Shown here in pieces: positions 1 to 10,374 of a stretch of 32,000 nucleotides of DNA. The position numbers were made by a program, and so were the translations under genes. The DNA comes from Mycoplasmoides pneumoniae FH (GTDB lineage: Bacteria; Bacillota_I; Bacilli_A; Mycoplasmatales; Mycoplasmoidaceae): contig NZ_CP010546.1 of the NCBI RefSeq assembly GCF_001272835.1, forward strand, positions 60,001 through 92,000, read 5' to 3'. Each line of letters starts with the position of its first letter. Position 1 is the stretch's first letter. The notes beneath the pieces were generated by a model. The model made no database searches. It was not told where the DNA came from and was given only the letters and a program-made list of their open reading frames with translations.

Positions 1-1
1 C

Positions 2-1501
2 GACATTTACCCAGTGGAAAGCTTTCAAGTGCCTAAGGTACCACAAAAGCTATTTGGATTTGTCGACCAGGGCTTCTTTCCGAAGTTAAACCCGAAGGGC
101 TTGAACATTGCTGATAACGTGGCTTACTTGTTTGAGAAGTACAGCCTAAAACAAGCAACCCTTAAAGACTTTGACATCGTTTTGGAAAAGAAGAACGACA
201 TTGTGTTGGAACACAAGGTGCGTTATAACTTTGCTTTGCAATTTCACTTTGAAACTACATACATAGGTAGCGGTGGCGAAATTAACCTACAGTTTGCACT
301 GCAAGCTTCCACCACTAACTTTAGTAGTTTAGAGGAATTGCAAGCTAGCTTTAGTAAGGTAGGTAATAATTTAACTGCTCAATTGTTCTGAAAACCAGTT
401 GTAACCAAGCTCACTTCTGGAGAAAATGACTTAACTCACATTGCTCAAACCGCCGTTGGGGAAAGTTTATTTGACAGCAGGGTTGACTTAACATCCTCTA
501 TTATTAACAACGAAGCAGCCATTAAAACTACTCAGCAACAATTTGAAACAGAGGCTTTAGCACTTTTTAAAGCAGAACGTGAAAAAGCTTTAGCGGAATA
601 TAAAGCAGAGCAAGAACGAATTGCTAAAGAACTTGAAGAACAAAGAAAAGAATTAGAACGTCTCAAAAAAGAACAACAAAATAAACAAGAGTTAGTAGAG
701 TCCTTATACAATGTTGCTAACTTTGTTAGTTATTGAGAAAAGCGTGGCAAGGACGTTACTGACAAAAAACAATTAATTCAAGCACTTAAATCAGCTTTTG
801 CTACCAACTGAAACGAAGTGTTTCAATTATTAACTGCTGGAATGCGTGAAGGTATTAAGGAGTATTACAAACATAATAAACCTGACCAAAGCGCTAATGC
901 TAAAAAAGCCTTTGGCCAAAATGGTCTTGCATTTCCGCGAACTGGCTTTGATGGTATCTACATGTCTGACTGGCTTCGTGGTGAATTGAGGAATAAGGGT
1001 AACATCAATCTCCATCTCAAACAAAACGAAACCACCGTTAAAAAGATTAGGGATGACATTAGTATCGAATGAAATGAAAGCAAGGGCGGTATTGAGTTTC
1101 ACCAAACTTACCCTTACTGATTTGAATTTGAAGTTAACTTTAAGTACATTGGTGGTTACTCCTTAAACTGATGGGATGCCATTTGAGCTAAAGTAGCTGG
1201 GATCCCAGGTTCTTGAAAGGGTGAAATGAACTTAAAGCTAGTTATTGATGGTGAAATTCATAAGTGAATGGTAACCAAGCCAGACTATCCTGGAACCTTC
1301 TTTCCATTTGATGACCAGTTTGATAAGCTTTGATTCACCTTGCACGTTAGTCAAGAAATTAGTGTAAGGGATGAATCCTTCATGAATTTGCTCAAGAAAC
1401 AAGGATTAGATAAATTAGATCTTCGAACAGGATCAACCAAACCACCAGTAGTCGATCTAGCTAGCTACCTCCACTACTTGATTTTGGCAGACAAGAGTTA
1501 A
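2..1501 (+). CDS. Hypothetical protein, C-terminal part (5' end lies outside the window), with a central charged coiled-coil segment (KAEREKALAEYKAEQERIAKELEEQRKELERLKKEQQ) and a Trp-rich C-terminal domain
   Basis: Frame 2 is open from position 2 to TAA at 1499-1501 once TGA is read as Trp. I read codon by codon from 392-817 and 1073-1501 and found about 12 in-frame TGA and no TAA/TAG. Track ORFs 14..391 and 818..1072 are fragments of this frame. I recognise no family. Confidence 0.8.
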
Positions 1502-1528
1502 TAACTAAATTAACTATCAAAAAGTTTA

Positions 1529-1558
1529 AGGGCATCTACCTAAATAGGTGTCCTTTTA
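1529..1558 (+). terminator. Candidate rho-independent terminator after the first gene
   Basis: Imperfect hairpin gggcatcta / cctaaa / taggtgtcc (one bulge, one G-U pair) followed by ttttacttt, about 30 nt after the stop codon. Confidence 0.4.
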
Positions 1559-1712
1559 CTTTACCTTTCAAACTAAACAAAAAATACTCTGTTGGAGTAG
1601 ATTTTTTCCTCTCTAACCCTTTTAAGTATTGGTTGTAAGTGGTAATAAACGCTTCGTGATGAAAATCAAAAGTTCATTAGTTTAGGTTAATAAATTTAAG
1701 TAAAAATTAAAT

Positions 1713-1940
1713 ATGCTTAATTGATTTAAAAAAATTTTTTTCTCTGATTGAGGTGGAGCAGAAGATAAGCAGAATAAAAATAAGAAAAATGAACAAGCTG
1801 TTTTTGTAGATAAAGTAATGAGTAGAACAGATTTAACTGATGAAGAAAAAACAAATTCTAGTTGATTACTATCAGATGTTAGATGACTATTTGGACGATG
1901 ATTGAGACTAACTAAAACCACCCCGTGGGGTAGTTTTTAA
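1713..1940 (+). CDS. Candidate small protein (75 aa), Trp-rich, with all 6 Trp encoded by TGA
   Basis: The ORF runs from ATG at 1713 to TAA at 1938-1940: MLNWFKKIFFSDWGGAEDKQNKNKKNEQAVFVDKVMSRTDLTDEEKTNSSWLLSDVRWLFGRWLRLTKTTPWGSF. No TAA/TAG occurs in 76 codons of AT-rich DNA. A TAAAAAT -10-like box lies at 1701-1707, and a GC hairpin plus T-run sits at the 3' end. The ORF is invisible in the standard-code track. Confidence 0.45.
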
Positions 1941-1960
1941 TTTTAAGAACTAACCTTGTC

Positions 1961-3477
<1,517 letters not shown>

Positions 3478-3487
<10 letters not shown>

Positions 3488-4632
3488 GGCAGATTGTACT
3501 TTCCGTTTCAGTTCGGCTTTTTAGTTAATTTCCAATTTAAAAGTCTGACAGCTTCCCGGGCAATGGCTGGTGCTGCAGTTAGCCCTGGGGATTTCATACC
3601 CCCTAAAATGACAAAGTCAGGGTCATTGTGAGCTATTCTAATAATAAAGTCATTAGTGGCTTTATCAATTGGACGCGAACCAGCAAAGCTTATTAAGGCA
3701 TTATTAATGTTTAGACTTGGCACCATATGTTTGCCAATCTTAGTCAACATACATGGAGCATCTTTGGTAATGTAACGAGTAGCTTCCTTGTCTACCCCAT
3801 CTAAAGCGGTGGGTCCGACTAAGAAGTTGCCATCTAACATGGGTGACACAATTACCCCTTTACCATGGATTGTTGGTACCATGAAAACCATTGAGTTTAA
3901 GTGGAGTTCGCCCTGATTAGTTACCACCACATACTGACCTCGACGGGTTGTTTGTTCAAAATCATCAGCTTTGGCTAAATGAGCTAAATAATCAGCATAA
4001 TGACCTGCAGCATCAATAATCTTCTTAACTTTAAAACTAGGAGTAGTTTCGTTGTTAGTTCAAACTAAATAAGTCCCATCAACTTGCTTACTAATATTAG
4101 TAACCTCAGTATTAGTGCAAATTTGTACTTTGTTTTGCTGTGCTGCTAAAGCTAAACATTTGCTCGCTAACACTGGATCAATTGCTCAGCTACCCTCGAC
4201 TTTTAATCCAGCCACAATTTCCGGATTAACGTAAGGCTCTAACTTTAAGGTTTCTTCTTTAGAGAGCATTTGAATATCTTCCAGATTAATTTGATTGGCA
4301 ATGCCTCTTTGCTTTAGTACTTCTAATTGTTCGCGCTCCATTTCATTGAAAGCCACAATTAAAGTACGGATCTTTTGCCTTGGAAAACCTAAGCGTTTAA
4401 AGTAGGTATTTAATCAGAGCTTTTTACCCAAAATGTTGTATTTAGCAGTTAACTTGTGTGGATTGGGATCAATGCCAGTGTGGATAACACCACTGTTGGC
4501 ATGGCTAGTCTCTTGTGCCAAATAATGGTGCTTTTCTACCAGTGTCACTTTGAGCTTGTACTGGCTCAATTCATAAGCAGTGGCACAGCCTATTACACCA
4601 CCGCCAACTATTAAAACATCTCTTGTTTCCAT
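3478..4632 (-). CDS. glpD: FAD-dependent glycerol-3-phosphate dehydrogenase/oxidase
   Basis: The N-terminus [23 protein letters not shown] carries the GxGxxG FAD fold. Track fragments 4414..4632 and 3508..3930 share one frame. TGA at 3508-3510 is read through to TAA at 3478-3480, giving 384 aa. The 3' end overlaps the glpK start by 10 nt. Confidence 0.92.
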
Positions 4633-4814
4633 AAAGGCTTAACTAATTAATAGTTACAGAAATGCCTTGACACGCCGATGCTTTTATCGTTTAAAGTTTT
4701 GCAGAGCTGAAAAAGTGGTTTTTTAAAAAACATTTAACTCTTATTTAACTACTTTGAAAATCAACGATCTAATAAGTTACTATTACGCATATTTTTTAGA
4801 AAGGGTGTAATTTT

Positions 4815-6788
4815 ATGTTTGGAAAAGGGTTGGTCAAAAAAGGCCTTTTATTTTTTAGTGGCGTGAGTACTATGGCCGTCTTTTTAGTGTCTTGTGGTGC
4901 TACTAGAATTTGGGAATCTTCGATTCAACTGTTAGTTTCCAATGATGAAGCTACATTAGCTGACAAATCCTTTTCTGAGATGTCCTATGAAGGGATTAGA
5001 AGGTACTTTAGATCTCAAAAACATATTGAATTACCATCACCAAATAGTTCCCTGTTACAAGACGGCAACGGCCTTTGAAAACGTCCCGGACGTACTTTAA
5101 GTGATCGGATTGCTACCTTTAAAAACATTAAGAACGATGGTAGTGATGTGATTGTAGCTACTGGATTTAACCAACAAGAAGCACTACAAGCAATTAGCTC
5201 TGATGACCGTCGTTATTTAGCTGATAAAAACGACCTTGCTAAAGTTGGTTTCATTTTTGTCGATGGCCAAATTGAAAAGGAATATAACGTGATTAATAAA
5301 ACGCCACAATTTAGATCAACCCCACTAAACATTTCATCCGTTGCCTTCCGCAGTGATGATGGTTCCTTCTTAACTGGAGTAGCAACTGCAGTTTATTTGA
5401 ATTTAAATCAAGATTACTTTTTAAAGAAGAATGGAGCAACCAATAATAGTAGCCAAGATTTAACCGTTTCTGGTTTTGTCGGTGTTCCTATTCCTTCAAC
5501 CCTTTCTTTTTTAAACGGTTTCCGTTTGGGCATTGCTTATTTTAATGAGGTGATTTACACCCATTTAAGTGATGCTGAAACAACATCTGATAACAAGAGT
5601 AATTCTTCAAGTGCTAGCAACTCTGTTTTAGTGCAACTTAAACAGATGCAAGGAAACGACAAAAAGATTAAAAAGATTAAATGGATATCTCCTAAACAAG
5701 GAAGCGATAATAATTCGAACCTCAGTATCGATGATCACAAGTCTGGTTCTTTCTCCAGCACTGAACCACGAGCAACAACTATCATTAATAATCTTTTAGA
5801 CAAGGGTGTGAGTGCCATTATTCCTGTTGCCGGACCGCAAGTAAACTTAGCAGTTAACGAGGTGGCACGTCGCAAAGCGCACACTGCTATTATTGGTGTT
5901 GATAGTGCGCAAGAATTATTAGATATTAACCAAGATGCACCTGATAAAGATCAGTTAATCAAAGGTAATAAAAAAATTATTCCTTTCTCTTCTATTAAAG
6001 CCTTGGATGTTGCCATTGAAAACATGTTGATTGCCATTCAAAAAGGCAGTGATAATAATGGATATAAAGGATTTGGTTATAACAACATTGGTACGGTTGG
6101 AACTAGTTCAGTAGGTATTAGTGAGGCTGGTTATGAATTCTTAATTGATCCAGTTTTTTGAAAGACTACTCAGTCACAAGGGAAATCTATGGCCACAAAT
6201 ATGACTAATTTAAAACGTTTATCATCTGATGATACAAACACTAAGAAAGCATTAAAAGAGGTAAGCACCCATAAAAATGGTAGTGATAAAGATGGGATTA
6301 TTGGTAAATATTCCAATTTATTAACTAAAAAAAGCACAACAGTAACTGCTGTTGCTCAAAAATCTATGACAGACAATAATAGTGGAACTGAGCAAAAAAA
6401 GAATCTTTCTGAAGTAGATACTAAGAAGAAAGAGAAAGAAAGTAAAGGTAAAACTCAAAGTAATGGTCAGGACAGTGGCCAACAAAACGGAAAAGAAACA
6501 AACGATATTATTTCTAAGTATTCTAAGCTGTTAACTATGACAACTATGAACAATAAAGTAATGTCATCTAAAAAACAAAGTAGCGATGATAACAGTTTTA
6601 AAAAGACTTCAGAAAACGGAGACTGAGTAATTAAAGGAGACGAGTTAACTAAGAAAAAATCAACTGAGCTTCCTGCTTTTGCTAAAGGTGCAGATTACCC
6701 TACTTTCCCTACAGAAGCGGTAAGCGTTATTAACGGAAGTACCGCTTTAGACGGCAAAGGTTTTAAGTGGAGCTTTAAACAAATTTAA
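4815..6788 (+). CDS. Lipoprotein, BMP/PnrA-like ABC-transporter substrate-binding family, with low-complexity insertions and a C-terminal extension of about 200 aa
   Basis: The signal peptide with lipobox is MFGKGLVKKGLLFFSGVSTMAVFLVS-C. BMP-family-like blocks are present (VIVATGFNQ, IIPVAGPQ, IIGVDSAQ). Three track ORFs (4815, 5148, 6189) lie in frame 0 and are joined by TGA codons. The frame ends at TAA 6786-6788, giving 657 aa. Confidence 0.85.
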
Positions 6789-6805
6789 AATAATACTCGG
6801 CTGAT

Positions 6806-7072
6806 ATGAAGAAGATTCAAGTAGTCGTTAAAGACCCTGTGGGCATTCACGCCCGTCCTGCTAGTATTATTGCTGGTGAGGCTAATAAATTTAAATCGGA
6901 ATTAAAGCTAGTATCACCAAGCGGCGTTGAAGGTAACATCAAGTCGATCATAAACTTAATGTCTTTAGGCATTAAGCAAAACGACCACATTACCATCAAG
7001 GCAGAAGGAACTGATGAAGAAGAGGCACTAAATGCTATTAAAGCAGTTTTAGAAAAACACCAAGTTATTTAA
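6806..7072 (+). CDS. ptsH: Phosphocarrier protein HPr of the PTS
   Basis: The protein is 88 aa. It has the active-site His context VGIHARPAS and the regulatory Ser region KSIINLMSLG. Confidence 0.95.
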   Translation: MKKIQVVVKDPVGIHARPASIIAGEANKFKSELKLVSPSGVEGNIKSIINLMSLGIKQNDHITIKAEGTDEEEALNAIKAVLEKHQVI

Positions 7073-7095
7073 GTAATTTAATTTAACTTAGAATA

Positions 7096-7140
7096 AAAGC
7101 AACAAGCCAATCCCCAAGGAAAAGCTTGTTGCTTTTTTAT
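7096..7140 (+). terminator. Rho-independent terminator after ptsH
   Basis: A perfect 10-bp stem, agcaacaagc (7098-7107) / gcttgttgct (7124-7133), is followed by the T-run tttttatt. Confidence 0.75.
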
Positions 7141-7148
7141 TAAGAAAT

Positions 7149-7376
7149 ATGCTTTACTACGACGACGAGGATGAATATGACACTTCTAATTCTGGTGGTG
7201 TCGTAGATTTAGCATTTTTAGCACTAATAGTAGTTTTTCTATTTACCGCTTTTATTTCTTGGTTTGGGGCATGAACTTGCTACAAAACAAGGCGTTTTTG
7301 AAAGGTAATTAATAAACCCATTAATGTAATAGCAACAGCTTTCTTTAATTTGGGGAACCTTACTTTTTCTTTGTAG
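7149..7376 (+). CDS. Candidate small membrane protein (75 aa)
   Basis: The ORF runs from ATG 7149 to TAG 7374-7376 with 2 in-frame TGA: MLYYDDEDEYDTSNSGGVVDLAFLALIVVFLFTAFISWFGAWTCYKTRRFWKVINKPINVIATAFFNLGNLTFSL. It has an acidic N-terminus followed by one clear TM helix. Confidence 0.4.
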
Positions 7377-7515
7377 CATTAACTTTTCTACTAGGAAATA
7401 TACAAGCATTTACTCATGCTAATTAAGTAGTAGCACAGAACTTCAGGGAATAGCAATTAATATTGCCTTAATTGTTGGCATCATTAATTTACCTTTATTT
7501 ATATTCTTCCGAATA

Positions 7516-7767
7516 ATGCTGAAAAGTACTCATAATTTCTTAGACAAAAACATTCCACTACGAAAGAAATGAATTGAAGAAAAGATTGCTAGTGATGAAT
7601 TGGAAGGATGAGAATACACCCAAATTTATCCTTTCCTAAGAAAGCTTTCTAGAAGAAAGCGTTACCATTTTCTAAGAGCCTTAGAAAATGGTGATAAACC
7701 AACTTCTGTTTTAACAGATAGAGAAAATCAATTGTCTGAAAATCAAATAAGTCAAGCACATGCTTAG
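7516..7767 (+). CDS. Candidate small protein (83 aa from ATG 7516). The frame is open from 7423 and includes a possible TM segment upstream of the ATG.
   Basis: The translation is MLKSTHNFLDKNIPLRKKWIEEKIASDELEGWEYTQIYPFLRKLSRRKRYHFLRALENGDKPTSVLTDRENQLSENQISQAHA, with 2 TGA-Trp codons and a TAG stop at 7765-7767. A terminator-like hairpin follows. The start codon is uncertain. Confidence 0.45.
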
Positions 7768-7776
7768 TAAATAGAC

Positions 7777-7815
7777 ACTTAGCAAATTTATGTTTGCAAG
7801 TCTTTTTAATTTTTT
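7777..7815 (+). terminator. Candidate rho-independent terminator
   Basis: The hairpin is acttagcaaa / tttatg / tttgcaagt (9 bp with one bulge), followed by ctttttaatttttt. Confidence 0.5.
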
Positions 7816-8597
7816 AGCATCAAATTCGTCAATAAACTCTCTAATTTTTACCTAAAAATTCCTTATTTATTTCCTTATATTTTTATTTAAGAATAATCTT
7901 TTTTATTTCTCAAAATTTCCTTGATTTTATCCAAAATTTCCAATTTTATTTCTGGGAATTTTTACTTGTTTTATCTAAAAAATTACACCTTTCTTTTTTA
8001 GTGTTTCTCAAATATTTCTCTAAGAATGAGATTTTTATTCTTTGGTATTTCCACGTTATTTATCGAAATAATCTCTTTTTATTTCTAGAAAATTACTTTG
8101 ATTTTTGTCTAAGGATTCTCAACTTAGTCCCTAAATTTTCTCCGCTTTTTAGCGAAGAATATTTCAATTTATTCTTTGATTTTTATCTAAAAACTATCCC
8201 CTTAGTTACTTTAAATTTCTGTTAAATTTGTTTAGGGACTCTCATTTGTTTCTAAAAAACTTTTCCTTTTTCTTTCCAAAAGATTACAGTTTTTATTCTT
8301 AGAAACTTATCCGCCGTTTATCACAATATCTTTTTATCAAAACTTCTCCTTTTTATTCTTTAGGTTCCTCCTTTAATTTATCGAAATTTTCCATTTTTTC
8401 TTTTCTGGAATGTTTTTCTTTTTATAGCTAACTTAGTCTTTGAAATTTCTCTTTTTTATGTTCGAAGATTACGAATTGATAGACAAGAAATTGAAGATTT
8501 TTCAATTTTTCAAGCCTCCTTTTTCCAAAAAAACAGAATTGGTGAAGTTACTTTTTTAATTTTGTTCTAAAAGTAGCTTCGTTACCTTTCTAATTTA
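7816..8597 (+). repeat. Left array of degenerate T-rich direct repeats of about 20-25 bp (approximate consensus TTTTTATCYAAAAATTYCC)
   Basis: Example units are tttttacctaaaaattcc (7845-7862), ttttatccaaaatttcc (7925-7941) and ttttatctaaaaaattacacc (7969-7989). I count about 30 units by eye, all in one orientation. GC is about 25 percent. No credible ORF is present. Confidence 0.7.
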
Positions 8598-9310
8598 ATG
8601 AAGATTAAATATTTCTTTATTCCCTTGTTTTCTTCAGTTATATTATTTAGTGCCTGTTCTTCTATTCAGTCTGATCTTAGGAATCTTATTAAAGAAACAA
8701 CTGGCAAAGATTTTGACGTATCTAAATTAATTAAAACCTCTGAAGGAAGAAAAAACTTAATAAATTCTCTCAAAAAGTCTTACGAATCTAAGCCCGATGA
8801 AACAGCTAGCTTATTACTAATTGCTTGAAAGCAAAGTGCAGAAATGGGCGAAATAGGTTTTGATGATATTAAAGAAGGAGGAATTTATACCAGAGACAAT
8901 GATCCTTTCAAATTGGAACAAAAGGTTGAGTACTTCAATATGGAATACAAAATTTTAGTGATGTTTTAATTAAAGCTAAATTGATCTATATCTTTAAATG
9001 GCATGGCGATCATTCTTCTTCAGAAGGCTTAACTGCTAAAAATGGCGGCAAGCATCATTTCGATCTTTTTCTTAATCTTAAATCCTCTTCAAAAAAACCA
9101 TTTAATTCAAAAAGTTTTGATACAAAATCGGGAGAAGTTTTTCAAACGGAATGAATTAGTTTCCATACTTTAGTTAGTTGATCATTAAAAGGTAAAGATG
9201 AAAAAAGTCAAAAAAATCTTGACAAAATTATCATTAGCGAGTTTGTTACTAAAAAAGACCATGAACATGATTTTAATCTCTTTATATATTTAAACTATTC
9301 AATTAAGTAA
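8598..9310 (+). pseudogene. Frameshifted lipoprotein gene (about 237 aa if repaired)
   Basis: The signal peptide with lipobox is [20 protein letters not shown]. Frame 0 ends at TAA 8967-8969. Protein-like coding continues in frame 2 (open from 8873) to TAA 9308-9310: ...IKAKLIYIFKWHGDHSSSEGLTAKNGGKHHFDLFLNLKSSSKKPFNSKSFDTKSGEVFQTEWISFHTLVSWSLKGKDEKSQKNLDKIIISEFVTKKDHEHDFNLFIYLNYSIK. The frame change must lie in 8873-8969, probably at the A4T4 run near 8948-8956. Confidence 0.65.
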
Positions 9311-10200
9311 GCTCTCTAGATTATTTAGTTTTGATTTGCTAAAAATTCAAGTACTTTACTTTCAGTTCAGTCTTTAAAGTTAGCTATTTTTTAGATCAAA
9401 GATTAAATTTATTGGATTTCTATCAAAAAATTCCTCTTTTTACTCTTTGAATTTTCTCTGTTTTTTATCCAAGAATTACACCCTGATTCCATTAAAAGTT
9501 TTTGATTTTTACCAAAAAATTTCATTTTTTATTTCTTAAATTTACCTTTCTTTTTACCTAGGCATTACCCCCTTATTAGCAGAAGTTTCTACTTGCTTTA
9601 ACCAAAAGATTTCCTTTTTCTTCTTTAAAAATTCGCTTTACTTCGCCTAATATTTACCCTTTTTTATTGAAAAAATTCCCTGATTTTAGCCAAAAGATAG
9701 CTTTTTCTTTGTCTAAACTTTTAGCTCTTTTTTTACCCAAAAATTTCCTTTTTGCTTTTTTCTCCAAAATTTCTCTTTTTTTGAATTAGAAGAATGCACT
9801 TTTTTATTCAGAAGTTTTCTGCCTTTTGTCTTTTAAATAATTTCTTAATTTTTATCGCAAAACTCTCTGTTTTGTTTCCTGATAAATTCTTAGTTTTTAT
9901 CTAAAAGTTTCCACTTTCTCTTTTAAGAATTTCTCTACTTTTTATCAAGAAAGTTTCTTTCTCTTGTTTTTCTCTAAAAATTCCACTTCTTATTCCACTT
10001 ATTTTCAGTTTTAATTTCTCCTTTTATTTTTGAAATAATTTCCTTCTTTTATCAAGTTCTTAACCTTGTTCTTATTTGTTAATTCCCCTTCTTTTAGCCT
10101 ACAACTTCTCTTTTTTCTTGTTAAAAGATTCCCTTTCTTTTTATCAAGAAAATCTCTTTTTTTATGTCTTAAAAGTGGTCTTTATTTTGGTTCAAAATTT
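9311..10200 (+). repeat. Right array of the same degenerate T-rich direct-repeat family, same orientation as the left array
   Basis: Example units are tttttaccaaaaaatttca (9506-9524), tttttttacccaaaaatttcc (9728-9748), tttttatctaaaagtttcc (9894-9912), tttttatcaagaaagtttc (9939-9957) and tttttatcaagaaaatctc (10138-10156). I count about 35 units by eye. The motif aattacacc is shared with the left array (7981-7989 and 9474-9482). Confidence 0.7.
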
Positions 10201-10345
10201 AGTCCAAAAACAGTCAAATTTTTAGCACAAATTTAACTGCAAAAACTGTTCAAAAAATCTCACAAAATTGCAATCATTTTTTTGCAAGAAAATTTATCCC
10301 AGTTTTAGGGGGCAAGCGGGGTCAAAAATTGCTACAATAAATACC
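10190..10345 (+). promoter_or_regulatory. Putative potA promoter region: phased A-tracts, a GC-rich island and a TACAAT -10 box
   Basis: A-tracts recur about every 11-12 bp from about 10193 to 10290 (caaaattt, ccaaaaac, caaattttt, caaattt, gcaaaaac, caaaaaat, caaaatt, attttttt, gaaaattt). The island agggggcaagcggggtc follows. TACAAT lies at 10333-10338, 37 nt upstream of the TTG start at 10375. Confidence 0.35.
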
Positions 10346-10374
10346 GTTTTTTCTTTAAAAATTAAGTAGTTAAA

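Noticed and set aside
1682-1921. Minus-strand 79-aa ORF downstream of glpK
   Set aside because: It is an antisense shadow of the plus-strand TGA-containing ORF 1713-1940. It has no start context and sits beyond the true glpK stop (1961).
8001-8225. Track ORF of 74 aa inside the left repeat array
   Set aside because: The translation is Phe/Leu/Asn/Tyr low-complexity sequence produced by reading the T-rich repeat. It has no start context and no similarity to the adjacent real lipoprotein gene.
7816-10200. Possible CRISPR array, because of the many short repeats
   Set aside because: The repeats are highly degenerate and contiguous. They are not exact repeats separated by unique spacers of constant length. 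No cas genes or leader-like organisation are present in the window.
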